64,000 bases of DNA from the human T2T-CHM13v2.0 reference genome, Homo sapiens. The notes under the pieces were generated by a model that was not told where the DNA came from, did no database searches, and saw only the letters and a program-made list of their open reading frames with translations. The position numbers and the translations under genes were made by a program. The stretch lies in assembly GCF_009914755.1 (NCBI RefSeq), contig NC_060930.1; one strand, 5' to 3'. Positions 1 through 20,257 of the stretch are shown piece by piece; position 1 is the first letter of the stretch, and each line of letters opens with the position of its first letter.

Positions 1-74
1 GTGAGTAAACAGGCCAGTGTAAGTCGCTAAGCAAGAATGCCACTTGCTAGGTGGTATACAGTTGCTCAGTGTAT

Positions 75-96
75 CACACACACACACACACACACA
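75..96. repeat. (CA)n microsatellite
   Basis: About 11 uninterrupted CA units. Confidence 0.95.
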
Positions 97-2242
97 AACA
101 AATATTAGTTACACCTCTGAGATGGGATTCATAAACATTTAAAAGTTTACACAATGTTTAGATAACACTGACCATCAAACCCTTAATAATTTGTTTTGCT
201 TTGCAGTCCCACAGGTCTATGCCCATCTATTCATTTTAGCATCTGTTTTATGTTTCATAATTACCTTTTAAAATTTCTGTCTCCCCTTTGTGCTATGAGG
301 TCGTTTCAGCACTTAGGTGAGAATCTGAAATTGTAAAGATAGTTCAATTACATTTTCGTTGTTAATATAGGCGGGGTAAAGTAAAAGTGCTGTATTAGCT
401 CAGAGGAGCAAAAAACAGTATAATCAAATAGATCTGTAGATACCAGAATTTTAAAATTCTTCCTTCAGGAACTTTAATGCCATTTAAAAATATTTATTGT
501 GGAATATGTTAGACTTTGAGTCATAGTGATTTTTACCTCCTAACATAAAGCTAATTTTTACTGGATTTCTTCTGATAATGATGGTTAAGTGTGCAAGAGA
601 TGGTATCAGTCTATTCAGCGTATTATTGAGAATCCCCTCACTCTCCTTAAATGAATGGCTTAAGCAGCAGATGTTCTATACCCTAAAAGATGCCATGGCA
701 CGTCTCAGGTAAGAGCTGTCCTTGGAGTTGAATGTTATTTATTACTATGTAGGTACTAGAGATTCAGAAACTTAATGATTTTTTTTCCTAACAGAAACTC
801 TTTTTTCGCACTATGAATAATTTACTGTTCTTTCTTCTTTGAACTCAACTGTAGAATTGCGCATAGACTAATTTTTACTTTCACTCCTTTCCCAGGTGAA
901 ATTAAACAAAAAATATAGAAACTGATCACTGAACTAATGACTTTAGATGAGTATACTTTTATGTAAATTTTAAAAGATTTGGTAATTAAGAATGAGTTTC
1001 ATTTCAACTTCATTGTTCATTTCCTCTTAATTGATACAACAATTTAATTCTAAACATGATAAAATCACACCTTCCTGTTGCTACACCTGCAAGCTTTTTA
1101 AAGTTTGTTCAGAGTTTAGATAGATTAGGAAATAAAGTGGAAAATAACCAGGCAAATATTATGTTTTATTAAAAAATTGCATTTCTGGCTGTGAAATACT
1201 GAACTTATTTATACATGAAAGAAGTTATATCAATATCAAATTGATATATTCAAATGTCTGATCCTGTCTTAAACAGGAAAACTACTTTGAAAGCAGCAAT
1301 ATTACCAACAATGAAGGGAAAAAATGTGTAGAATCATATTATTTTTAATTTATAAAATATCCTTGTTGCCAGTGGCAGAGACTTTTGATCATGAAAAGTA
1401 ATATTGAATATATTATTCTACAAACATTGAATTTAAGTGTTTTTACAAGCATTTCCATTGTTTCTTAAATCACATATCACTGTAAGGAGGATATAGTATC
1501 TCCTTGTTAAAACTAAGGCAATGAAAACATCAGGAGTTAAAGTAATCAAGGAAACACAATTATCAAATAAATTGGTACTACAACCCCCCGATTTTTCTGC
1601 CCTCTCCATTGTACTATATATACTATAATCTCCATATTTGGAATATTAATTACACTTTGAAATCTTCAAGAAATATAAACAAACACCAATTCCACACTAT
1701 GTAGGTATAATAAAAGTAAAATTTATTTACAAAGTAATAGATTTTCATTAAAATCTTTCAAAATTGTAGTATGAGAACCTACGTTAAACCACTGGTAGAT
1801 GAATTGCAAAGAATGATAAAGTAGAAACAGTAACTGTCCTGTTAATAAATAACCTTTATAAGCTATTAAATATTGTTTTAATAGCTTAAATATAAAGATG
1901 ATCTTTTTAAAAGCCTTGGACTTAAAAATAAATATTTACTTAGGAACTAGATAGAGCCAACAGTTTTGCCTAAAAGAACTAAGAAACAATAATCAAATAT
2001 TCTATATTTGTCATTATTATTATTTTAGGAAAATACCTCCTCCTAAAAAATATCACTTCCATATATATTTATGGTAAACATGTGATATGATTTATTGAGT
2101 AATATTTATCTCAATTGGAAAATTTCTATGCAAAATATTTTTTCATTGTGTAACATTTTATTCCCTATAGGGGCATATCTCAGGGGAACCTGATGAAAGC
2201 CAACGCACAATGTAAGAACTTTCACTGTAAGGAAAATTTGAA

Positions 2243-3771
<1,529 letters not shown>

Positions 3772-5864
3772 GAAAATTTGAAAGTATGAATTACTCTAAA
3801 ATGTGATTGTAACTTTATGTTTATTTATTTGTGTATATGAAAAAATCTACTTCAGTGAGACTTGGTGGCATGCTTGGTGTGTCTCCTGGATAGCAAAATT
3901 ATGGTAAAATATGGTAAAATGCTAATATTTGGGATATGTTTCTTTGACTGTCGATATTGTATTGATTTAATGGAACCTATTCATGATAGAAAGGAAAGAG
4001 AAAGACAAGATTCCTATGCTAACATCATCCTTCTACTTCAATTCATCTAATAAGTGTAAATAACAAGTAACAGAATTGCCTCCTTTAATTTATTTTGAAT
4101 ATTATTTTAATGAAAATATCCAGTGTCTAAATTTCAAATGATGCTTACATAAAACTATTAAAGAGAAATCAAATACATAAATAAATGAATAAATTAATAA
4201 CTATAATTCAAAATTAAATCATCTACCAATAATCTAGTTTAATTTTTATTAACATCATTCTAAAATGTGCTTTATATACACATAGAGATTTTATAATAAT
4301 GATAATTACACTATAATGCTATTTAATAAAATATTTAATTTAATTTTACTCAAATTAATAACAAAAAACATTCTGAAGTGAAGCTGAAGAGGATCAGAAA
4401 TTCATACTATTGCTTTCCACCTCAAAAGACAATTTGTAAAAGGCCCTTTAATACTAAGAAAAAAGATTGATTTAGTTTCTTAATTGTTTTAATAGTAAGA
4501 TTTTAATTACTTTGACATTTATTAAATATTATAAGAAATAGTTTGATTGCCACTGTTATCTTTTTTCTTCATCTTATTTTTTCATTCTGTTGCATAGATC
4601 ATTACTGCTTTGCTAAAGTATGTAATATCAATTGTGTGTTCTGTAAACATAATTCCCCAGTGGTTTAGTTATCTCAATATTCAATATTTACAACAGATCA
4701 TTTTATCATTGCTTCTTGCATATGATATCTTTATTTTTAATCGTTTTTAAATTTTGAGATAATGGTAGATTCACATGCTATTGTAGGAAATAATACAGAA
4801 AAATTCTGCACATTCTTTTCCCAATTTCTCTTAAATAGTAGTATCTTGACAACCTATATTACAATATCGCAGTCAGAATTTTGACATTGATAAAGTCAAG
4901 ACACGTAACTTTTTCATTACCCAAATTGTCTCTCATGTTGCCTTTTTATAGCCATAATCATTTCTCTACCATGTCCATTCCCCGCTTAACATCAGAGGCC
5001 ACTAATCTGTTACCTGTTTCTATAATTTTGTCATTTCAAGAATGCTATACAAAAATAAGCATACATATATAATTTTCAATTTTTTTTTGACGAAGTATAA
5101 TTCTCTGGAGATGCATCCAAGTCATTGCGTATACCTATAGTTTATTTCTTTTTATGACTGAACAGTATTCCATGGCATGAATGTACCACAGTCTGTTTAA
5201 CTTTTTTTCACTTGTTGAATCAACCTGAGTTATTCTCATTTTGGGATTATTATGAATAGAGTTGCTATAAACATATTTGTGTACAGGCTTTGTGTGAACA
5301 TGTTTTCATTTCTCTGGGATAAATGACTAGGTGTGCAATTGCTGGGTCATAGGTAGTTGAATATGTGGTTTATTAAGATATTGCTAAACTGTGATGCAGT
5401 TTCTCTGAATCGTCACAGTCATTTGGTGTTATCATTATATTTCACTTGAGAAATTCTGGTGGGCATAAACTAATACATGGTTATATTTTTAATTTTTAAT
5501 TTCCATTTTCCTAATGGATAATGGTGCTGAATATATTTTATGTAGTTTTTGCCATTTGTATGTCCTCTTCAATAAAATATTCATTCATTTGTGTTGACCA
5601 GTTTCTAGTTGGATTGCTTATTTTCTGCTGTTGAGTTTTAAGAGTTGTTTACATATTCTTTATCGTAGTCCCTTGTTGGATATATGCTTGCAGATATTTT
5701 CTACCCAGTACATAGATTGTCTTTTTAGCTCTTAAGAGTGCCTTTTTTCAGAGCAAAAGTGTTTAATAACATCCAATTTATTATTTTTCCTTTTATGATT
5801 TGTGCTTTTGGTATCAATATTCATTTGTCCATATATAGATCATAAAGATTTTCTCCTGTAATTG

Positions 5865-6035
5865 TTTTTTCTAAAAATGTGCTACTTTTACGTTTTACAT
5901 TGAAGTTTTTGATTCATGTCGAGTTAACTTTTGCATAAGATATGAAGTTATTTTTTCTAAAAATATGCTACTTTTATGTTTTACATTGAAGTTTTTGATT
6001 CATTTTGAGTTAACTTTTGCATAAGACATGAGGTT
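5865..6035. repeat. Tandem duplication, 86-bp period, inside old L1
   Basis: TTTTTTCTAAAAAT...GAGTTAACTTTTGCATAAGA occurs at 5865 and again at 5951, with about 6 mismatches. Confidence 0.9.
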
Positions 6036-6723
6036 TGGATTGAGGTTTATTTTATTTTATTTTGCTTATGGATGCCCAATTATTCTAACATAATTTGTTG
6101 ACAAGCCTACCCTACCTCCATTGAATTGCTTTGTGATTTGTGTCAAAATTCAGTTGGATATATTTTTTGGGGTCTATTTCTGGGTTCTGTTTTATATTCC
6201 ACTGATCTATGTGCCTATTATTCCACCAGAACTGATTACTGTAATTATCAATACACACAAGATCACACAGGTTTGATTACTGTACCTACATAATGAAACT
6301 TGAAACTAGATAGACAGATTCCTCTCATTTTATACGATTTGAAAATTGTTTTTAGAAAATCTAATTATTTTGGCTTTTTAAACATTTTTGAATAATCTTA
6401 TTGGCAACTACAACAAAATATGGAAGTTTGTTAAATCCGTATGCCAATTTGGGGATAATTAACATTTTTTAAAATTTTATTTTGTTTTCCTAGGAACACT
6501 TACTGTGGGATATACCCTCTTAACAAAATTTTTAGTGTACAGTATCTTATTGTTAACTATAGGCACAGTATTGTACAGCAGACCTCTAGGAACTATTCAT
6601 CTTGCTTAACTGAAAATTTCTGCCCCTTCATTTAGCAACTCCCTATTTCCCCCTTCCACAAGGCCTTGGCAACCTTCATTCCACTCTTTGGTTCTGTAAA
6701 TTTGATTATTTTAGAAACCTCAC

Positions 6724-7089
6724 TGATATGGTTTGGCTGTGTCCCCACCCAAATCTCACCTTGAATTGTAGCTCCCATAATTCTTACGTATCATGGGAGA
6801 GACCCAAGGGGAGGTAATTGAATCATGAGGGCATGCTTTCTTCTGTGCTGTTCTTGTGATCATGAATAAGTCTTACGAGATCTAATGGTTTTATAAAGGA
6901 AGAGTTCCCCTACACATGCTCTTCTGCCTGATGCCATGTAAAACATGACTTATTCCTCCTTTGCCTTCCACCATGATTGTGAGGCCTCCCCAGCCATGTG
7001 GAACTGGGAGTCCATTAAACCTCTTTTGCTTTATAAATTACCCAGTCTCAGGTATGTCTTTATTAGCAGCATGAGAACAGACTAATACA
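6724..7089 (+). mobile_element. THE1B solo LTR (ERVL-MaLR)
   Basis: TGATATGGTTTGGCTGTGTCCCCACCCAAATCTC ... GAGAACAGACTAATACA; about 365 bp with TG...CA termini. Sits inside an L1MA-like fragment (~6490-7400). Confidence 0.93.
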
Positions 7090-7206
7090 CTAAGTGGAAT
7101 CATGCAGCATATGTCCTTCTGTGACTGGCCTATTTCACTTACCATAATGTCCTCCAGGTTCAACGAGGTTATCAAGTATTGAGAATTTCCTCTTTTTTAA
7201 AGCTGG

Positions 7207-7347
7207 ATATATTCTATTGTATATCTATGTATATATAATGTGCATATATATATTATATATAATATACACATATACATATATACATTATATTTATTATATA
7301 TACATATACACATATACATTATATATGTGTGTGTATATATGTATATA
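7207..7347. repeat. (TA)/(CA)/(TG) low-complexity tract
   Basis: Alternating TATATA/CACATA/GTGTAT sequence. Confidence 0.85.
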
Positions 7348-7557
7348 CCACCTCAATGTGCAGAAGCCTTTTAGTTTGATGTAGTCCCACACTATTTTTG
7401 CTTTTTATTACATTGTCTTCTAAGCCTGGAACCCAGCGGGCATCTCTTGATTTATTTACTTAGATATTCTTTCATTTTCTCATTAACATTTTGTAGCTTT
7501 TGGCATAGAAGTTATGTAGGTTTATGCCTGAATATTTCACTTAAAATTTTTATTCTT

Positions 7558-7716
7558 TATTTTTTTTTAGAGATGGAGTCTCAGTCTTTTGCCCTGGCTG
7601 GGGTACAATGCCATGATCACAGCTCACTGCAGTCTGGAGCCCCTGGGCTCAACGATCCTCCCATCCCAGCCTCCTTGAGTTGTTGGGATTACAGGCATGA
7701 GCCACTGCACCCAGCT
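7558..7716 (-). mobile_element. Alu monomer (FRAM/AluJ-type)
   Basis: Poly-T, then GAGATGGAGTCTC...GATCACAGCTCACTGCAG...GGGATTACAGGCATGAGCCACTGCACCCAGC; one arm only. Confidence 0.8.
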
Positions 7717-10317
7717 TCACTTTTTTGGCTGTGGTAAATGATACTGTATTTCTAATTTTGGTGTCCACATGTTCATTGCTAGTATATTGAAACTTTTTTG
7801 TGCATTGATGCTGTATCCTGAGGCTTTGCTGAACTTAATTATTATTTCCAGTAATTCTCGTTTGTCTTTTTTAGATTTCTTGGGATTTTCTATGTGAACT
7901 GTCATGTCATCCTAAAATAGAGTTTATTTCTGTTTTTGAGGTTTTTGTGCCTTTAATTTTACTTTATTGCCTTTTTGCAAGATAGAACTAAATAGAACAT
8001 CCGGTACTATGCTCAGTAGGGGTAATGAGAGCACATCCTTTGTTCCTTTCCAGTCTTAGGGAAAAAGCATTCAGTCTCTAATCATTAAATAATTCTTTTC
8101 TGTAGGCATTTTGAAGATGTTATTATTAAGTTGAAGAATAATTTTTAAAATATTCTTGATTTTCTAAACATTCTTATCATGAATAAGTAGTGAATTTTGT
8201 CAAATTCTTTTCCATGTCAATTGATTTATTCATTTTCCTGCTAATATAATAGATTATATTGATTTATTTTCTAATATTGAAATAGGTTTTAATTTCTGGA
8301 AGAAACCACATTTGATCATGGTATATATATATATATATATATTTTTTTTTTTTTGATTTCTGTTTCTGTTAGTGAAAATAAAGTTAATAACTTTTGTGTA
8401 TGTATTCATGAAGGATATTAGTCTGTAGTTTGGTCTTTTTGCACTGCCTTTGTATAGTTTGGGCTCAGAGTTATATTTGCTTCATAAAATGAATTGGGAA
8501 ATGATTCCTTTTCTATTTTCCAGAATAGATTCTGTAGAATTTGTTTTATTCTTCTTTAAATGTTCAAATGTCAAGCAGTTGGTACAATTATCTCCTGAAA
8601 CCACCTGGACCTGGAAATTTCTTTTGGGGCATTTTAAAATTATGAATTCAATTTATTTAATAACTTATAAGGCTATTCACTTATTTTTTTCATATGGGTA
8701 AATTATAGCTTTTGCATTTTAAGGAACTGGTCCAATTCATCTAAGTTGTCAAATTTGTGCGTGTTGATGTGTTCATATATCCCTTATTATCCTTTTGATG
8801 CCTGAATATTGGGTAATGATGCTAGGTTTTTTATTTTTCATGTTGGTAATTGTGTCTTCTCTTTGTCAGTTTAGCTATGGATTTGTCAATTGTATTGATC
8901 TGTTCAAACAACAAGATTTTTAATTTGATTTTATCTATTTTTTGTTTTCAGTTTCATTTATTTCTGCTTTTATCTTTATTATTTCTTTCTGCTTGTTTTG
9001 CATTTATTTTGCTCTTCTTACTCTAGATTCTTGTGATGTAGGATTACATTATTGCTTTTCCTTCTTTCTGATATAAGTGTTTAGTGCCAAAAACTACCCC
9101 CCCTCAAAATTGTGTTAGCTGTTCAGACAATAATTTTATGCCCAGTTTTGATTTTTAGTCAGTTCAATATATTTTTAATTGCCCTTGAGATTTCATATTA
9201 CCCAATGGGATTGTTTAGAAATATATTATTTAATATCCAAATCTGTAATATATTCCATTGTGATCAACGAACACTTCTGTATAATTTCAAATATTTTAAA
9301 ATGTTTGAGGATTATTTTAAGCCCCAGAATATGGCCTGTCTTGGTATATGCTCTAGGGATGCTTGAAGAAAATATCTATTCTGCTGTTGGTGGTGAGTCT
9401 TCTATAAATGTTGATTAAATACTGCTGATTGATGGAGTGGTTCAGTTCTTCTTTAATCTAGATGAATTTATGTCCATCTATTTTATCAATCAGCAAAAAA
9501 GGGGCACTGAACTCTATAACTATTATTGAGGATTTGTTCATTTCTTTTTTGAGTCCTATCAGTTTTTTAAAATAGACTTTTCATTTTGCAACAATTTTAG
9601 ATTTATAGCAAAATTGAGAAGATAATACAGATAGTTCCCATACACCCTGAACTCAGTTTCTCCTATTATTAACATCTTACTTTAGATTGGTGCATTTGTT
9701 ATAATTCATGAACCAATAGTGATGCATTATTATGAATTAAATAAAGTCCATACTTTATTTAGATTTCCTGGTTTGTCATCCAGTGTTCTTTTGCTCGTAC
9801 AGAATTCTATCCCATATAAAAATTACAGTTAGTCCTCATGTCTACTTAGAATGCTCTTACGTGTAAGAGTTTCTCAGACTTTTCCTATTTTTGATGACTT
9901 TGTGGGAGTTTTGAGGCATATTGGGATAGTATTTTGTAGGATTTCCCTAGATTGTGATTTATCCCATGTTTTTGTCATGGGTAGACTGGGGTTATTGGGT
10001 TTTGTGAGAAAAATCACAGAGGAAACATGCCATCCTCATCACATCAAATCATGAATGCATACTATAAAAATGGTTCAACACCTGGATGAGTTAGTGTCTG
10101 TTATGCTTTTTCATTGCAAAGTTACTCTTCTCTAATTCCATACTGCATTCATGGGAGGAAGTCATTATATGCAACCAATAATAGTGAGTGGGAAGTTATG
10201 AGCTATGCCTCAACCTTTGTGAGGGCAGAGCATCTGCACAAATTATTTGGGATCTTTCTGCATGACAGATTTATCTATTCTCCTCCATGTATTTATTTGT
10301 TCAATTATGTATATCAG

Positions 10318-10739
10318 TGGCATGCCTTGCATATTTGTCTTTCCCAAATCTCATGTTGAAATGTGATCCCGAGTGTTGGAGGTGGGGCCTTATGGGAGGT
10401 GTTTGTGCCATTGGGGTGGATACCTCCTGGCTTGGTGCTGTCCTCTTGATAGTGAATAATTTCTTGTGAGATTTGGTTGTTTAAAAGTGTGTGGCACTTC
10501 CCATCTGTTCCTCTATTGCTCCTACTCTTACCTGCCATGTGACATACCTGCTCCTGCTTCACCTTCTGTCCTGAGTAAAAGCTCCCTGCAGGCTCCCCAG
10601 ATGCTGGACAGATGCCATCACCATGCTTGTACAGCCTGCAGAACCATGAGTCAATTAAACCTATTTTCATTATAAATTACCCAGCCTCAGGTATAATTGA
10701 GGTAACCTCATTATAGCAACATGAGAACTGCCTAATATA
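10318..10739 (+). mobile_element. MSTB-like solo LTR (ERVL-MaLR)
   Basis: CCAAATCTCATGTTGAAATGTGATCCC..TGTTGGAGGTGGGGCCT ... TAAATTACCCAGCCTCAGG. Perfect 5-bp TSD ATCAG at 10313-10317 and 10740-10744. Confidence 0.88.
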
Positions 10740-10868
10740 ATCAGTATGGACTTACAGTTCTTTAATTTCTTCTTTGAGTTATAATCCAATACTACATTAT
10801 TTCTGCCCAAATTGTTCTAGCTTTGGCAATTGGAACCTCCATGTCTCTTTGACATAGCCCCATCTTTT

Positions 10869-10881
10869 TGTGTGTGTGTGT

Positions 10882-10917
<36 letters not shown>
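10869..10917. repeat. (TG)n microsatellite
   Basis: About 24 TG units with one TA interruption. Confidence 0.95.
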
Positions 10918-10921
<4 letters not shown>

Positions 10922-11283
10922 CTTCCTGACTTCTAGATACTACGAGTTGCTCCATGTTGTATATTTATTGCCCTAGTCCAAGTGTCAGCCATTTATCTAA
11001 GGATCTCAGTTCTTTTAATTGGTGAATGTTATTAGTAACCAAGATTTGATCACGAGGCATGTTGACAGCTACTGGTGTTGCTTCTCTGCCCTCTCAGTTG
11101 ACGGAGCAAGAAAATATGTGTGTGTATATTCACATGTACACACATAACTTAAATATTTCTGTTTGTCCTTATTTATACTGAGATAATCTACATTCCTAAT
11201 GCTTTTTCCAATTCTAATCCAATACCACATGGATCCTTTTAGCCTTCTGCTTGCTTATCTGTAGCCTCCTACACCAACAGTGA

Positions 11284-11676
<393 letters not shown>

Positions 11677-11867
11677 AGCCCTGAGTGTAAGAATATTATG
11701 GACAGTGCAACCATAAAAGAATCGGCAGGTCCTTTCTATAAAACATAAAATATCTGAAATATTTGTATTAAAAATATTTTACCTATACAAACTTAATCTT
11801 GAAAAGTCTGAGCATCTTTTTGGGTCAACAACTCTTCCCATGCAGCTCTTAATAGTCTTGAGCTATT

Positions 11868-11934
11868 AAGTAATTGTGGTTTTTGCCATTAAAAGTTATG
11901 GCAAAAGCCACAGGTACTTTTGCACCAACATAAT
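11868..11934. mobile_element. MADE1 (Hsmar1-derived MITE), left end degraded
   Basis: AAGTAATTGTGGTTTTTGCCATTAAAAGTTATGGCAAAAGCCACAGGTACTTTTGCACCAAC matches the MADE1 palindrome. Confidence 0.8.
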
Positions 11935-13116
11935 AATGAACAAAAATGAGCATACCAAACAAGTCGAATTATTTCTACCACTTTTATTTTTATAATGTAA
12001 AATAAAAAATGTTTGATTTTTTGCAGCTTTCTGGAATAGCTCAAAGAGGACTGTAGAGGTAAAATACATCATTAATTTTCATTTATTTATTTATTTATTT
12101 GTTGGTTCTGCTCTTGCAAAGGCAAAAGCAAAAGAATATCAGGAGATTTGACTGCAATAATGAAATATGCTCATGGACATCTAGGAAATGATGACTTAGT
12201 TACATATTCAATCAAAGTGACAAAGTATTTAAAAATAAACATAAATATGTTAATGCAAGTGAGAAACCTTGGTTTTTAATTTTTTATTTTAAAAATGTTA
12301 TGTAATAATCAAGTACCTGATAAAGTCACCACAGAACAGAGAAAATTATTCTGGTGAGTTTTGGAATCTCTATGATACCAGCATGTTACACAGAGTATAA
12401 AGAATACTTTTCACTAGCCATTGTTAAGATTTATAAGACCAATTTACTATTTTAACAGGGAAAAGACAAAACCTAGATTTGGATGAACACAGTTTCTTGC
12501 AATAAATGTTTCATGAGTTTCTCTCTCCAATTTATAACATAATTATCTTGTGAATTAGCCCGTAATTGGAGCAATTTTTCCAAAATTTTAACATATTTCA
12601 TAGCCTTTTTCAGACTTAAGTATTATAAATCAAGGAAAATGAGAAACTACTTTCCCCTAAATCCTCTACAACTTGCTAAAAGCATTCAAGTTTTGTCCTT
12701 CACTGTACTCATTCATATTCTAGATAATTAAGACTTCATTTTGGGTTAAAACTTCTTTTTTTTTCCTTGAAAAAAATTACCTTACATAAACATTTTTAGT
12801 ATTTTTCCATTACTATTGCTTCATTCTAGAATAGCCTCAATCACTATTAATTGTAAATTTTAATAAAGTAACTTAACTTCTATTTCACAAAGTCTGGAGG
12901 GTACAATGCAAATTGTCCTTAAGCATTTTAAGCAGGTTAGAAAAGCTTAAGAATAGATATACAATGACTTTCACCAGCTTCATCCATCCTTTTTATAATT
13001 TATTAAAGTGGCAAAACTGCAAGTTTATTAATTTCTCCCAGTTATAGCTCTCTATGGCATGTAAAAGTAAGAAGCAAATATTTATAAACTTCCCACTTTG
13101 TCTGCTTTCATAAATA

Positions 13117-13468
13117 CAGTAGTGTCTACTTATCCATAGTTTCAGTTACATGCAGTCAACCACAGTCCAAAAATATTAAGTGGAAAATTTCAGGAATTAA
13201 CAATTTATAAGTTTTCAGTTTTGCATCATTCAGAGTTGCATGATGAAATCTCACGCCATCTTGCTCTATCCTGCCAGGATGTGAATCATCCCTTTGTCCA
13301 GAAAATCCACGTGATAGATATTGCCCACCTGTTAGTCATTTAGGAGCCCTCTTGGTTATCAAATAAAAAAAAACCACATAGTTATATTTAAGGTTTGGTA
13401 CTATCTGCAGTTTCAGGAATCCACTGAGTGTCTTGGAATGTATCTCCGGTGGATAAGGGGGACTACTA
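13117..13468 (+). mobile_element. MER44A (Tigger-family MITE)
   Basis: Terminal inverted repeats CAGTAGTGTCTACTTATCC ... GGATAAGGGGGACTACT; internal GATGTGAATCATCCCTTTGTCCAG; preceded by TA. Confidence 0.8.
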
Positions 13469-13628
13469 CAGTTTAATTGAATGCAATCACACTCATTCAT
13501 TTTCACATTGTCTATGGATGTTTTGCACCACTATTGCAGAATTAAGTAATTGCATTGAAGACCTTATCACTCGCAAAGCTTTATATATTTACTATCTTGC
13601 CCTTTAGAGGAAATGTTTGCCAACTCTT
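13469..13628. mobile_element. MER58 (hAT-Charlie) fragment; its upstream part lies just 5' of MER44A
   Basis: ATTGTCTATGG...ATATTTACTATCTTGCCCTTTAGAGGAAATGTTTGCCAACTCT resembles the MER58 terminus. Confidence 0.65.
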
Positions 13629-14354
13629 CATTTAAGTATTCAAGGTTTTTACATTTGTTAATTCAATTAGCCAAGGATTTTATGTTGTTACTCATAAATC
13701 TTGGAAATTATGTTCAAAAGGGGATGCAGTCTGTTCTGCTCTAACACTTATTCAGGAAACATGGATTTGTTCCAACACATTTGATATAACAGGGAACAAT
13801 TTGAGCATAACACAAATTTTGCCTTTGCTTATGTATAATTTCTTCTGCAAAAGATACTACCTGAATAAAGAAAAATACTGCACCTAGCTGAACAGAACTG
13901 CATACTAATGCAAAGAATACACACATACACACACATCTCAAACATCTACCAGCTACCTCAGTTCACTGTATGTGAGCTGTGAGCCACACATCCCCATCTG
14001 GTGTTACAACTTTCCAACACATTTCAGACAACCCTCCCTCTACCAATTCATAATAATCACAAGCTGAAATCTTTTTGATGCCCACTTCCTCAAGCAAAGT
14101 TCTGGCCTTTTTCAAGGAAAAAAGTGGCAATTTATTACAATATTTATGCATTTCTTCATAATTTATGATGTGGAAAATAGTGCTGTCCTTTTAAAAGGGT
14201 CTTTATTTGTGTGTATATGTATGTGAGATGGACAAAGTTTTAAAGTTTTGTATCCCTAACTCCATTTTTCTCATCAGTCTCTATCTTTTTATAATCTCTT
14301 TTTCTCTATTTCTTCTAATTTTTGACAGAATATTTATAGTTGGACAAGTGTTTC

Positions 14355-17825
<3,471 letters not shown>

Positions 17826-18948
17826 GGTATACATACAGAAAATATCATTCAGCTTACACACTTATTTTGTACATTTTATTGTATGTAAACATTTTAAATG
17901 ATACCTCAATAAAATATTCAAAATCAAACAAAGATCACATCAAATACCATTTCTTTGATAAAATCTTGAGACTTTTACAGAAAATATTTTCCCCTTCTCA
18001 ATAAATCATTTTAATATTTTGTTTAGACATGTTTTGGGCATTTCCTCTTTTTATATTTTATCATGATTACTTTGGAGGCTTTTAGCTGTACTCTCATAAA
18101 ATAGTAAACTCATTGAGTAGAAGTGATTTTATGTATTATAAGATATGTAAAGCAAAGCTTTGTCCAGAGGGTGCATGCAGTACACTTTATGAAATCAAAA
18201 TGGATTGAATGGAGGAAGCAGGTATGCATATCACTTTCAATAAATATAACATCTGGCAGTTCTAAGAACACCTTTAGATATAGTATTGCTGTGTTTATGT
18301 AAAGATTCATGTAAGCAGATACTAATATGTGCATAAACCTAATGTAAAATGATTTCACTAATCTTTCATTTTAAAAATATGATGAAAATAAAAATTATTT
18401 TATAGAAATAATTTATTGTTAATGGTGCAATTTAAAAAACAGGAGCACACAAGTGTATTATAAAATTCATACACTTAATGTTTAATTTAATGAATCTTCA
18501 ATTCACTAAGGCCATTTTTCAATGATATTCAAAACATGTTTTATTAAAGGCACATTATAAATCAATGAGTAACTAAAATAACCTGATATTCCAGAAGTCC
18601 TTGATATAATTCTCCTATTGTCCTAAGATGAATGCAGACAGAGATTGATTCTCATAAGATTCTAAATTGTATACATTCTTCTATCTTTCTCAAAGCAATA
18701 AAAATTCCAGGGAGGCCAAAAACTACTCCTTGGTTTGGGGCTTTCCAAAATAATTCTAATGATACCATAGTACACTAACTTTTGGGATATCATGGATATA
18801 TACTGAGACTGTGGTAATACCAATATTGCAAGTTATTAATGTCTTTAAAGTTCCCTAGTAGATGAATTCAAACATTTCTGAATTTATAGAAATTGTTAAG
18901 AAAATTCCTACATATTGGTTCAATAAATAAATGATCCTAATTGTTTTT

Positions 18949-19272
<324 letters not shown>

Positions 19273-19896
19273 TCCTAATTGTTTTTAAGCACAAACCTCC
19301 ATGCTCCCTTTAAGCACTGCCATTTCTCTAGCTGTTTCATTGTGAAGATGCAACAATGAGTTTTTCTCTGAGCTGTTATCATGGAGGCTCAATTGGTATT
19401 GCTCAATATCCCAAACAAAGCATAAACAAATCTAAACACTAAAATTTTACTCTTCTGTCAAGCTCAGAAGACAATAATAAGTGCAGAATGTTTTTGTTAA
19501 AATATGTTTACCCCAGCTAATTTTGTTTTGAATAATTTAAATGGAAATCACGATTCTCTTCTCATATAGCTTGTTTAAATTACCTAATTGACAACCTCCC
19601 TTCTGATTATAAATCAGAAAAACAATCAGCCGGTCTCCTTACCAGTGTTGATTTTATTTTGTGTTAAGTGGAAGCACTTAGAGACCTCAGTTACAAGTAT
19701 ATTTATATTCTCAATCACTTTAGAGTTTCAATTAGGTGAATTATTATCAATGGTTATTATCAAATCCACTGTTGTCAGGCTACCTGACAAGCATAAATAT
19801 AGGTAGAGTTAATTTTAAAATTCTTTAGATGGAAACCTTTGAACTAAAGGTTTAATGAATCTTCAAATGAAAGTTGAATAACTTTTCAACTGATTA

Positions 19897-20257
<361 letters not shown>

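Larger units (their letters stand above)
4745..9565 (-). mobile_element. Old L1M (L1MC/L1MD-like) 3' end and decayed ORF2, interrupted by younger elements
   Basis: T-rich antisense L1 motifs (GTATTCCATGGCATGAATGTACCACAGT, GGGTCTATTTCTGGGTTCT, TATTCTGCTGTTGGTGG). No open frame. Boundaries approximate. Confidence 0.75.

Noticed and set aside
700-900. Splice-like signals (CAG|GTAAGA at ~709; polypyrimidine-CAG at ~895)
   Set aside because: Isolated consensus matches with no supporting reading frame; transcript data would be needed.
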